A stretch of DNA of 64,000 bases from Mobula hypostoma (Eukaryota): assembly GCF_963921235.1 (NCBI RefSeq), contig NC_086109.1, forward strand, positions 25,980,001-26,044,000, in the 5' to 3' direction. Below, piece after piece: positions 14,226 through 26,534 of this stretch. A model generated the notes under the pieces. The model had not been told where the DNA came from. It made no database searches and saw only the letters and a list, made by a program, of their open reading frames with translations. How positions within the stretch are numbered: the first letter of the stretch is position 1; each line of letters opens with the position of its first letter. The translations under genes and the position numbers were made by a program.

Positions 14226-15599
14226 AAGACCATTGGAGAGTCAGGTCTGAGTAATTCACTACAGGCTGCTCATGCTTTGGTCCAGATGATTTTTGACAAA
14301 TGGAATCCTTAAGATGTCTGTGGTAGGGTATCCAGCACTGATAAATGCCCCTGATTTTGGAGATGGTCTTTGCCTGGCAATTCCACAAGACTTCAATTAA
14401 TAGTGGAAGATTAATCAGGATGAACCATCATGGATGACTTCATTTACCTCAAGTCTAAACTGATTCTTCAACCTGTGGATAAACCTTCATGGACTCTGCA
14501 GCTCACGTTCTCAGTATTATTTATTTGCAGATTGCAATTTTTTGCTTATCGGTTGCTTGTCAGTCTGTACTTGTGTGTAGTTTTCATTCATTCCACTGTA
14601 TTTCTTTGTTCTATTGTGAATCCCCACAAGAAGAAATGAATCTCAGGGTAGTATATGGTGATAATAAATTTATTGTGAACTTTGTACTTGGAAGTCTAAG
14701 TCTTTGCATAAATGGTCCACTGCAGTTTCAGAAAAAGAACATCGAAGTTGCACAATATTCCACAATGAAAGCTGGGGTCTACCTTTTCTTCCTGCTCTTT
14801 AAATAAAACGAAATACAGATTTCATTATTCTGATCTATAGATCCTATTTCTCTGCAAGAACTAAGTTGTTTTTAGTCTACGTTGCAATTAGTTCCCAAAT
14901 ACAGCGATGAAGTCCTTCAAGTTAGAATGCTGTTGAATTTAAACTGCCTGAGCATACAGAATCTAGAAGTTTTCATTTATGAGACAGCTCTTGTTTCTTT
15001 TATAATGGGCCAAGAACTATCTAATTGTAAAAACATGTCAGTCAATTATTCCTGTCACATTTGTTTTTGATTCTGTTCTTTAAGCACTTGAATAGTTTGA
15101 TGACTAACCTTGGAGATCAAACTGCATACATTTTCCAAATCAGATTAATGAGTTACTGAGATCTAGGAGAACTAAGGTTATTCATCATATTGATGTGAGA
15201 AGATTATTGCTAATCTACATCTTCAATACTCCTTGTCAGTTTCTAGTAAGTAAAATCTATTTTCCTCTAAAATATGTTGGTGCACAAATTAATAAAATTT
15301 AACGCACATGCATGGAAACAGCAGAGGGAAGCCATTACAAATTGGGTGCTATCTGGATTGTTTTATCTGCTGAAGAGGATTTTTTTGTATCTTCAGCTTT
15401 TGTTAGTTATCTTCTGTTTAGTTAACACACTGAAAATGGAAAAAAAGGCTTATTACTAAATTCCAGCTAAGAGAGATTTAATCTTAATTTTCTCCTGAAA
15501 TCTAATTATTAAGATCATTTACCTGCTGCTCCAGAACCGATTACTCAGAAACACTCAACACTGCTGAAAGAGGAAGTCATAGTCTCTTACACTATAGCA

Positions 15600-15790
15600 C
15601 GTAGCCGTGAAGTACATAACCATAATGCTGCTCCCAGAGCAATGCCATCAATCTTATGCTCCACGTTGTCCCTGTAATTTCCCATTCTGATTAACTCTAG
15701 CCCAATTCTCCTACAGTCCACCTATGCCAAAGGAACTTTACAACAACCAACAAATCTAACAGCCAACATATCCTTGAGATGTGAGACACA
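15600..15790 (-). mobile_element. Decayed V-SINE/HE1-like fragment
   Basis: Weak similarity to the better copies at 49180-49470 and 56420-56630. Confidence 0.4.
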
Positions 15791-15796
15791 CGAGAG

Positions 15797-16400
15797 AGGC
15801 TGGAAATCTGGAGCAACACACAAAATGCTTGAGGAGCTCAGTGGATCAGGGAGAATCTATGGAGGGAAATGGATATTCGGCATTTTGGGTAGAGACTCCT
15901 CATCAGGACTGGAAAGAAAGGAGATAGCCAGTATAAAAAGGTAGGGATATTGCAGTGGAACATGAGCTGATGGGTGAAAAGAGCTGTCACATCTGCCCTG
16001 GGTGTGGCACAGCATCCAGACTGGAATCAGTGCTCTCTCCACCCCTCACAGTGTTTGCTTGGCAGAAGACAAGCTCTGTTGTGGTTGTCTGTAGATTTTG
16101 GTGGCGTTGGATGGCTTGAGTTTGGACTCTTTTATTGAGTGGCTGTGTTTTCCTATCTTATACATGCTATGTGTGCTTTGTGCTGTGTGTGACCATTGGT
16201 ACTATGTTTTTTACCTTGACCCTGGAGTAACGCTGTATTCATTTGGCTGTATTCATGAGTATTCATGTATGGTTGAATGACAATTGAATTTGAATTGAAT
16301 TGAAAGGTTTGTCCAGGTGAGGGGGAAGGAGTGATAGAAAGATGAGGGAGGGGGAGAGTGAAAATGATGTAAGAAGCTGAGAGGTGATTAATGGAAGTGA
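15797..16400 (-). mobile_element. PLE 3' end with degenerate hammerhead, interrupted by a Rex-type tail fragment at ~15990-16300
   Basis: gctggaaatctggagcaacacacaaaatgct...; minus strand agtcCTGATGAggagtctctacccAAAAtg. Confidence 0.7.
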
Positions 16401-19214
16401 TTGTAGGATGTAAGAGAAACGTATGCAGTAACAGGATGAAGGTAGAACTTCACACTCACAGCAACGTAGTATTTTCAGCTTTTATTTAAGATTTCCAGCA
16501 GATTTTTTTCTACCTCACGTGAACCATTAACTGCTTCCCATCCTACAGTTGTTGCCTGACTTGCTTGGTTTTCCACCATTTCCCATTTTCGTTTTTTATT
16601 TCAATGTTTATGAAAGCATTGTCAATTAGTCACCACCTTCAGATAGGGGGAAATGACGAGCAAAAGTATTTCCAGGCCATTGAGGGGCACTGCATCTCAG
16701 TATTGCTACTAATCAGATCGAGGCAGAAAGCAGTTCCACGTTAATTATTTCTTATAAAAATGGAAGACATCCAACGTACAAGGGTGCTACACTGAACCTC
16801 CCTAAAATGTATGTACAGATCTGTAATAAGTCACTTAAAAGCTCCCTTTCCATTCACTATCAGTGTGCAGTATTTAGCATAGCACTCAAATATCAGTATC
16901 AGGACAAATCACAGTAGTCAAATAGATCAGCCACTATTAAACCTTACCTTTCATCAAGAAACATCTTATGCTCTGTTCCATATTACTGTATTGACCTCAT
17001 TACTAACTTGGGGCCAGAAGAATGCTGGTAACAGAGCCACAATATTATTGAACAGTGATGGTGGGGAAATACCCACAGTGAACAAGGTGACACTTTGTTT
17101 TTACTGATGGCTCTCGTAGCACAGCCTGAGCAGACTGAGGGCAAGATTTGATAAAAGAACCTCCTCATGAAATTATGGGAATTTTTATGTAAGAAATAAA
17201 TCACATAGTCAGGACAAGTAGATCCTGTGGCACCACAAGGCATTGCTCAAGATCTAGAAACAGCAACTCTGGAAGCAGTGGGGAGAATATTAGGAGCATA
17301 CTGTGTAGATAAATTGAACTGACAACACGACAAAGAAGGAACACCTGTACTGGAATAAAAAGGATGTTTCTAAAGATCATTTCTGCCAGTCGTACAGAAG
17401 TCATGCAGGCAATGCAGCAAAATACAGTCAGGTGGTTTGCATAAGGATACACTTCACACTTCAACCACTTAATAAGAAGTCAGGAATTTGTATAAAGATA
17501 GTTAAGACACCACTCTTTATTTTGTCAGTATCTCAAGGCCATAAGTAAGAGCCAAATAATCTCCTCACTTTGAGGAATGTTTCCTAATTTCTTTTAAGAA
17601 ACAGTTGGTTACTCTAACAAATTAAATTTATTTCTATTGAATAAATGCATTTTTGGTACAATGGTGCAAAATCTCCACCCCTCACTCATTTCATTCTGGA
17701 TAAAGTCACCTAATTTAAACCACATGTGAAATATAACTGTGTCTTTTTCTCCAGGATACAAGAAGTAAGAATTTGACTTAAAAAATGTTACAGCAAATGA
17801 GGTGACCATTTATTATCAGTGTGTAGAGAATCCAAGGTCAAAGAGTTAATTTGCTGAAGTTCTGCATTGGTCTGGAAACTGTCCTTATCAGGGATGGATC
17901 ATTAAGTTGCAAATGCTAATACCCTTGTTAAATTATTCAAGTTTTATGGAACAGGTTGAATGAACCAGAATTCTCAAACCATTTCTCCCAAGGTGAATGG
18001 CACACATCATTTTGCAGCCAAGTGTTAAGATTCCTTTAGATTCCATCCCTCGTATAATAAAATCATTGACATATGTGTTGTCCTTACTTTCACTCCTATC
18101 TGTCTCTTTTGCTGAAGTTGGTGACTGATACAAAGATGGAATTTCCAATGGGCCATAGTAACATGCAAGTAGCAATTACAGTTCGGCTCCATGGAAGAAT
18201 GATTATAATTAACTGCAACAAAATGAGGATCAGTGAAATTAAACAACTTTTCCCCTTAATTAGTCCAGGAAGACGAACTTCAGCATCTGCTCTACCAACT
18301 AGTACAAGATTACCTAACTAGGCAGAAACTTCTGATCAAAACCGGGACCATCTGCCCTGTGCAAAATGGACACCTCTCTTACACAATGTAATCAAACTTT
18401 GAAACATGACAAATTACAAAAGCAACAGTTAAAATTTAAAGACTAGGTAAAGGATGGTTTGAAGCAAATATGTCTTCAATTTTAAGGATAAACTTTATTT
18501 CACACTGTTACTACGTAGTCCTTTGCATATTACATGCAGATGCTGAAGGGTCAACTATAGAACTACATTTTATTCCTTTCCGATATTTTATAACAAATTT
18601 GTTTGAAAATTCATTTGTCTATTTATCATTTAAGATGCTTGAAATACAATTTTCCATGATGTATATTATAAACACTTAAATTAATACAAATACTCTATGA
18701 GTATGCGTATTATTAATATTGAGCAATTAAAGCTATTCAGAATGGCAGTTCACCATTATCCTCTTTTTAGAGTGACTTAGCTTGAAAGGTGAGGATACAA
18801 ACTAGTGGCATCATAAGAGGAATTGGGCTGGAAGGAGTTTGGAAACCAAACAGTATTGTTAAGATCAGTTAATGGTCATATGAAGTCAGTATCTCCATAC
18901 ATTTGAGGCTCCCCTTGCTCACGTCAAGAGTAATTTATCATGGATAATCTATTAGAAAGTATCAAAACATAAATAACTCTCAATATATTTTTAAGAAGCA
19001 ATTGCTTGTTGAGATACGAAATGAATTAATTTGTGACATTAACATACAGTTTTCCTGTGAGAAAACCCCTTCTTCACTTATTTACAATGCCTCTTTACTT
19101 TGTACTGCGATTCTTACTTGGATACATAATGGCTTAGATATTTGAAAGCACTGTTGCCACTTTTCCAGCACAAAATGAGAATCCGTGCATCCACTATAGT
19201 GAAGGGGTGTTGAT

Positions 19215-20945
19215 ATTGGTTTATTGCTGTAAATGTACCAAGATACAGGGAAAAGCTTCTGTTGCATGTTGTGCATACAGATCAAATCATTAAAATTCAA
19301 AGAATATTTAATTATCAAAGTATGTACTATATACAACTTTGAGATTCATCTCCTTACAGGTAGCCATGAAACAAAGAAACCAAATATGACCCATTAAAAA
19401 AGATTGTCAAACACCCAAGGTGCAGGGAAAAAATCAAGTCATGCAAACAATAAAAGTAAGCAAACAGCATTCAGAACTGAAGTTCCCAAAAGTGAGTCCA
19501 CAGCTATGAACCCAGTTCATCACTTTAACAGTACCAAGAGTTTGGCTGCTGCAGGCCACAGCCTCAGTTCAGAGCAAAGACCGACTCTTCTTTCTCCTCC
19601 AGCCCCGACTCCCTGATCTTTTCAATCAGGTCCAGCCAAACAACAGGTTGCTGCTCGCTCTCAGATCCAGGCCCTGCTGTTTCGATATGCTCCTGGGCCT
19701 GGGCCCCGCCAGCTCAATTTGGTCTATATATGACCTTTCCAATATGGCCTAGCAGTTATCTCTGTCAAGCCTCGGCTTGTTCCATGCTCTCAGGCCCAGG
19801 CTCCACTGCCTTGACTCTGCCTTGCCTTGATTCTGTCGCTTCAAATCATCTCCAAGTCCACTCCAGCAATGGCCATACATTGTCTCGATACTCCCTCTTG
19901 GGCACACACCACGCCACCTCGATTTGGCTCATGCACACCATGCTGCACATTCGAGGTTTCAGTTCACATGGCAAAATGCCAAGTAGTACTGGCAGTTCAA
20001 AAGCACAACTCCAATAAGGAGAGGTGGGAACGTCGACTCAGACCGTGAGAGACCTGCATCGGGCATTTTCATACCTTCCAAAAGGGAAGTTGCAGGCAAT
20101 TGATTGCAATGATCATTTTTGAGAAAAAGTGTGTTTAATAAATTAGCTCATAGTTTTGTTTGCTTCCAGCAAGTCGTCACTGTGTTTCACCAGACCATCT
20201 TAAACCACCTTAAATCAATAGACAGTGCCTTGAGATAGAGTAAGGTAAAAGAAAAACAATGCAGAAGATGTGTAAAAGTTACTGAAAACGTGCAATGCAG
20301 GTCAACAATGAAGTGCAAGATCATGAAGGCCAAGGATCCATCTTATCATCCAAGAGGCTTGTTCAAGTGTCTGCGGGCAGTGGGATAGAAGCTATGGTGT
20401 ATATGTCTTTGGGTTTTTATATCTTTTGCCTGATGAACTGAATTAAACTTGTATTTATTTAAATCTTACATCTATCCCACAATGTGAAGGAGTAAAAATC
20501 TTTGCATTATGACTCCATTGCGATATACAGACATGTGAATTTATAACTCTGATGGCTCGTAGAAAGAAGCTGTCCCATAGCCTGTTGGTCCCGGCTTTAA
20601 TGCTGCGGTACTGTTTGCCAGGCGGAAGCAGCTGAAACAGTTTATGGTTGGGGTGACTGGCGTCCTCGATGATATTCCAGGCCTTCTTTCTGCATCTGCT
20701 GCTGTAAGTGTCCTCAGCTGAGGGAAGTCCACATCCACAGATACGCAGGGCTGTCCGTACCACTCTCGGCAGTGCCCAGCGATCAAGGTTGGTGCAGTTC
20801 CTGTACCAGGTGCTGATACAGCCAGTCAGGTTGCCCTCAATGACGCCACTGTAGAAGGTCTTGATGAGAGAGGAGAAAAGAGAAGATGTCCATGGTAGAT
20901 GGGGCCTTTGATAATGCTGACTGCTTTACTGACGCAGCAGGAAGT
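19215..20945 (-). mobile_element. Nested cluster: Rex-type 3' fragment containing a non-autonomous element (~19295-20205) and a second Rex 3' fragment (~20445-20860)
   Basis: ORF 20455..20763 reads VRTALRICGCGLPS...DASHPNHKLFQLLPPGKQYRSIKAGTNRLWDSFF. Separate tails occur at ~19215, ~19300 and ~20450. The inner element starts aagatggtc on the minus strand. Confidence 0.75.
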
Positions 20946-21224
20946 ATGTAGGTTCATCACAAGGTTGATAAGCCATATTGCTAAAATTGGTGCTGGAACC
21001 ATGCCTGAAAGTGATGTAACCCCTACAGATACAAGGGCAATGACTAATGCCTGTTTCAAACCCCTTTATCATTTGGATTGCATTGGGCCAGCTGAGTTCA
21101 GGATCATACTCTCTGTATGCTGCCTGATCAGCAGTTCTTAAAAGAGACTACTGCCAAAAAGGTACGATTCTGTCAAGAAGCTTTGCTGAGTGGAGCCTTG
21201 ATAAAAAGGTCAAAGGAGGTCTTT

Positions 21225-22027
21225 AGTAAAAGGAGCAATAGTGCGGACTATTATCTAATTGGGGAGAAGGTTCAAACATCAGAGGTGCAGAGAAACTTAG
21301 AAGTCCTCGTGCAAGACTGCCAGAAGGGTAACTTACAGGTTGAGTCTGTGGTAAAGAAGGCAAATGCAATGTTGGCATTTATTTCAAGGGGAATAGATTA
21401 TAAAAGGAAAGAGATATGCTGAGCCTTTATAAGACACTTGTCAGGGCATTTAGAGTATTGTCAACAGTACTCTGGCAATATCTCAGAAAGGGTGTGGTGT
21501 CATTGGAGAAAGTCAGAGGAGGTTCACAAGGATGATTCTGGGAATGAAGGGGTTAACATATGAGGAACATTTGGCAGCTTTGGGTCTGTACTCACTGGAA
21601 TTTTGAAGATTTCGGCCGGGGGGTGGGGTGGGGTTGTTCTCATTGAAATCTACCGAATGTTGAAAGGACTAGATAGGGTGCCTGCGGAGAGGATGTTTCC
21701 TATGGTAGGGGTATCCAGAATTAAAGGGCACAGTCACAAAATTGAGGGGTGACCCTTTAGAACAGAGTTAAGGAAGAATTTTTTTAGCCAGAGAGTAGTA
21801 AATCTGCGGAATGTTCTGCCACAGACTGTTGGTGGTGGCCGAGTCCGTGCACATATTTAACGCAGAAGTTGATTATTTCCTGATCAGTCAGGGCATCAAA
21901 GGATATGGCGAGAAGGCAGGTATGTAGGGTTGAGTGGGATCCGAGATCAGCCATGATGGAATGATGGAGTAGACTCGATGGGCTGAATAGCCTAATTCTG
22001 CTCCTATCTCTTATGGTCTTATGGTCA
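21225..22027 (+). mobile_element. CR1 LINE 3' fragment
   Basis: Translation SEVQRNLEVLVQD..KGNLQVESVVKKANAMLAFISRGIDYK; 3' UTR ending cttatggtcttatggtc. Confidence 0.9.
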
Positions 22028-22427
22028 CTTCTGGATTCAAAACATTATCATAGACTCCAATTGCCTGCTCACCCTATCAACTTCCCACTTCAAATTCAAG
22101 TTCAAGTTTATTGTCATTCAACCATACACATGTATACAGCTAGAAAAAAGGTGCAAAACACCGTCTATATAGTCACAAACACAAGAGATCCTGGAGACTG
22201 AAAAGGTTGGAGTGTTTGGGCCCGAGGCGAGGAATGAGCCAGTGTTCAGCTCACTGTTCCACGAGGTTTACTCATCTTTGCACTGAACTGAGGCTTTGGC
22301 CTGCGACTAATAAGTATTTGATGGCCTTTTTTAATGGGTTCATTTTGGTTTCTTTGTTTTTGTGGCTGCCTGTAAGGAGAAAAATGTCAAGGTTGTATAT
22401 AGGATACATACTTTAATAATAAGTGTA

Positions 22428-24017
22428 CAGGTGACCCCGCTTTTCGAAAGTTCGCTTTACGAAACCTCACTGTTACGAAAGACGTACATTAGTACCCTGT
22501 TTTCGCTTTCAGAAGGTGTTTTCACTGTTACGAAGAAAGGCAGCGCACACCCCGAGCAGCCGCTGTTCCCCAGATTCGGAATGGCATTGCTTAAACACGA
22601 GCCTGTGAGCAGCCGTTTGCAAGATGAGGTCTAAGGTGTCGGAAAAGCCTGAAAGAGCTCTTAAGGGTGTTACACTTAGCGTAAAACTAGACATAATTAA
22701 GCGTTTCGATCGTGGTGAACGAAGCAAGGACAAAGTGAGTTTGGCTTGTGGAAGCTGACGAAGATGATGTTGAAGAGGTTTTGGCATCCCATGACCAAGA
22801 ACTGATAGATGAAGAGCTGATGCAATTGGAAGAGGAAAGGATAACAATCGAAACCAAATGCAGTAGTGAAAGTGAAGTCGTCCAGGAACTGAACGTATAG
22901 CAACTGCGTGAGATTTTCACTGCAATGATAAAGAACCACTTTAATTTTGAAAGGGTACGTAGGTTTAGGGGATATTTGCAGGATGTTTTGAGTCCTTACA
23001 AACAACTGTATGATAGAAAAATGCACGAGGCTCAGCAGTCAAGCAAGCCTTCCACATCAGCCACAGCAAATGATGAACCTCAACCTTCGACATCGAGGCG
23101 GGCAGTCATAGGAGAAGATGAGCTGCCTGCCCTGATCAACCATGAGATGACACCCCCGTGTCCCACCACCCCAACACCCGGGCCCCGGACAGATACTGTA
23201 CCGATTTGCGGAGAATGCAGCGGTAGCCGGGAGGCACACAGCACATCGTTAAGAAAAAAGCCGAAATAAACATGCTAATTAATTAGGTGCCGCCTAGCAC
23301 ATAATTGTTGGCCCAGATCAGTGCCAACGCAATCGGCAATCGCCTCTGATCTGCGCTGACATTTACGTGCCAGGCAGCACCTAATTAATTAGCATGTTTA
23401 TTTCGGCTTTTTTCTTAACGATGTGCTGTGTGCCTCCCGGCTACCCCTGCGTGCTTCGCGGCAATGTATCAGTCGGCGGCCTGGAGGGTGGGGGCCACTG
23501 CACCACCCCAGCCTGCGACGACTCAGTCTAACACGCCATCATCAATGTGCTCGATGTTTTCCCGATTCCCGTAAGTGATACTACACTGTACATACATTAT
23601 TTCTACTTTATATGGGCTGAATATTTTTACGTGTTATCTGGTAGATTTGGTAGCTTCATAATTTTAAGATTACTGGAGAGCACGTTTATGCCAACAGCGC
23701 TTGCTTGAGATTTTCTGCTGAGAGCGCTTGTGTGAGATTTTCGCTACGGAGATCTGTGCAGGCAATCGTTGTAGAGAAGTATTTCTACTTTATATAGGCC
23801 GTGTATTTATCATATCATTCCTGTTTTTACTATATGTTACTGTTATTTTAGGTTTTATGTGTTATTTGGCTTGATTTGGTAGGCTATTTTTGGGTCTGCG
23901 AACGCTCACGGAATTTTCCCATATCAATAAATGGTAATTGCTTCTTCGCTTTACGACATTTCGGCTTACGAACCGTTTCATAGGAACGCTCTACCTTTGG
24001 ATGGCAGGGGAAACCTG
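22428..24017 (+). mobile_element. Internally deleted Tigger/pogo DNA transposon
   Basis: TA-caggtgaccccgc...ggggaaacctg-TA termini. ATG at 22624 gives MRSKVSEKPERALKGVTLSVKLDIIKRFDRGERSKD (CENP-B/psq HTH start). This is fused to a Tigger-like C-terminus (EDDVEEVLASHDQELIDEELMQLEEE...FNFERVRRFRGYLQDVLSPYKQLY). No DDE core. Confidence 0.9.
23222..23445. repeat. Long inverted repeat inside the Tigger element
   Basis: 23222-23290 is the exact reverse complement of 23377-23445 (69 bp). Imperfect pairing continues about 30 bp inward. Confidence 0.95.
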
Positions 24018-24044
24018 TACTGTATTTTGAACTTTGAGATGCCA

Positions 24045-24148
24045 GAGTAACACACACAAAATGCTGGAGGAACTCAGCAGATCAGACAGCATCTATAGAC
24101 ATGAATAAACAGTCAACATTTTGGGCTGTAACGTTCATCATGACTGCT
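24045..24148 (-). mobile_element. Short PLE 3' remnant
   Basis: acacacaaaatgctggaggaactcagcag...aataaacagtcaacattttgggc...ttcatca. Confidence 0.75.
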
Positions 24149-24271
24149 ACCAAAAGTGGAAACTTCACACGTATTTACAATACAGCACATACAATTATGA
24201 TAAAGCATAGTACAGTCACCAAAGTAATATTAGCACTAGTGCATGAGTGGCATGGCCTGGAGAGATATTTT

Positions 24272-25578
24272 CAGACATCCCACCTCTCCCGGAAGTTCCG
24301 GGAGTCTCCCGCATATTGACTGTGGCTCCCCAACGTTCGCAAATTATATATAATATCTCAGAAATCGATTTTTTTGAAAGCGAGTGAGCGAGAGAGAGAG
24401 AAGGGGAGGGAGGGAGGGAAGGAGAGAGGGAGAGAGGGGAGGAGAGAGAGAGAGCGCGCGAGTGACAGAGAGACAGAAAAAGCGAGTGACAGAGAAAGCA
24501 TCCTGATTGGTCTCTCTTTGTGCTAAGTAGACCTATCAGTTTTCTCTATGGGCAGGCTTTACAGTCGACTTAAAGGGGAGCAGGGTTTAAATTGGAGCGA
24601 AATTCCAAAATTGTCCACAAAGACATCTTTAAAAACGTGCTCGCAGCAAGCAAATTCTTTGGGTTTTTTTTTCCCTGAAACACTTCCACTTACAGGTACA
24701 TTGAAGCCCGTGATGGGCTGGGGTTAAGCACAGCTGATTTCAGAAGAAAAACCGATTTTAATAAATACCCGGCCACCACCGAGGTCTCGTCATTCGGACA
24801 GTGAACTGTTTACCTGTGCTGTGCACTTTATATGCATTTTGAATTACACTTTATTAAATAATGTAGTAATATATTGTTTTATGTGGTGTGCATGATATAT
24901 GTATTGTGGCTACACCGTGGTAATCCAGACAGAGGTTGTTTCATTTGTGGACAATCAGCCAGATGATGATAAATTTGAACCTGAAGATACAGAACTTCTA
25001 AATCACTCATTTAAAATCCCCCATTTCGATGTAAAAAAGTAAGTTCTGATCCCGACTATTGCAGGCAATATGTTTGTGTGTGACTACAAACGTATATGCG
25101 ATCGGGCGTTAAAAGCAGTGCACATCTGTAATAAGGATACACCTTATGCTTTTATTTCTTTTAGGGACCACAACATATTAGAGAGGTTAAGCGCAGGGAA
25201 AGCTGATCAAGCATTTCACAGTTCTTTTCAGCAGAAAACCAAAGTCTGACAGAGAAGGTCACTAGAGCTGAGGTGTACTTTACATCTTTCATCGTTGAGC
25301 ATAACCTGCCATTCCAGGTGTCTAAGAACACAGGAAAGCTAGTCAGGAAAATGTTTCCTGATTCAAAAATAGCAAAAAACTATGCCTTCTCATCAACCAA
25401 GACAGCAGCTATTGTGAACATGGCACATTAAGACAGAATTCAGAGGTCAGCTGTCTCTGTGAATCTGATGTCTTGCAAAATTAACAAATTCATTGACACA
25501 GTCTGCTATGAGGTTGAGACCTCCCTGAAATGAGGTTGAGACCTCCCTGAAATGAGTTTTTGCAGGGCGGGATGTCTG
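24272..25578 (+). mobile_element. Internally deleted hAT-superfamily transposon, apparent 6-bp TSD
   Basis: TIRs CAGACATCCC(A/G)CC with TATTTT on both flanks. Transposase remnant 25207-25431: SSISQFFSAENQSLTEKVTRAEVYFTSFIVEHNLPF...KMFPDSKIAKNYAFSSTKTAAIV. Also a GA-rich tract at 24380-24495 and a 22-bp tandem duplication at ~25508-25551. Confidence 0.85.
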
Positions 25579-25739
25579 TATTTTTGTAAGAAACTTGGGA
25601 ACACCTCTCCCTTCCCAGTGTTTCTCGTCTTATCCTCACTGAATTACCTTATCATTTTGAAACACTTCTAACGTCCTGCGAGAGATTCTTTCGCTCCAAA
25701 TTCAAATTGTTCTTGCCAATTTGTGATTTAGGATTACAA

Positions 25740-26330
25740 TGGAGACCTGCAGTCCACTTGTGTAAATGAGTTTTGAGGCCCAATTTAGACAACCATTAAG
25801 CTCCTATTCCACAAGTGAGCTGGAAATCTTGCATTTTTTGTATAAATAAAGCAGTTTTCTGATAAATGTTAGTAGTTTGCCTGAGAGGCATTTAATTAGA
25901 CCCCAGCAACCTTGTGAGCACGCTGTGACAAAGCCCCTATAATGAATGCACACTCATGATCCCTGTTGTAAACCAGATGGCAAGAGGAAAACAAAAGCAT
26001 GATATCACATCCTTGATTAGGTGCTGGAATCCAATTCATTACTCTAATTGCTTAAGGGAGCAGCAGGCATGCAGGGCAACAGAGCAGTTCATAAAATATT
26101 CATTCACGCTTTTGTTGGCGCAGAAAAACAAAGAGGTGTTCCGAGTGAGTGGAACGCTGTTCGGGACAGAAGTAGTTACCCTGTATTAACAGGGCTTTGC
26201 CAGTCTTCCCTCAGTGAAGCATTGATGGCATTTAGCAATCATTTAATAGACAGGTCTAAATTAGATCAAACAGCAAAGCATAACTATTCTGATGAAAGAT
26301 CAGTTGGGAAACTGTTAACAAACAGATAAC
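25740..26330. promoter_or_regulatory. Candidate conserved non-coding element/enhancer
   Basis: Repeat-free block dense in homeodomain-type TAAT/ATTA cores (taattag, taatga, tgattag, taattg), TGACA, a CAGATG E-box and ACAAAG. Conservation not verified. Confidence 0.35.
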
Positions 26331-26534
26331 GTGACTAGATGCATTGCTTGCTTCATGGATCCTGCTTGAGCTAATGGATACTTCCAGTGGTGCTTCTGAA
26401 GCAGATGTTTAAATTGAATCTATATGTCAGCTGCATTCTCATTCGAATGGCATTTCACTGAGTATGCTGTATATGTTGATATTGCATGTAAAGATTTTGC
26501 ATACTAAAGAGATTACGCATTTTTCTCTACATAA

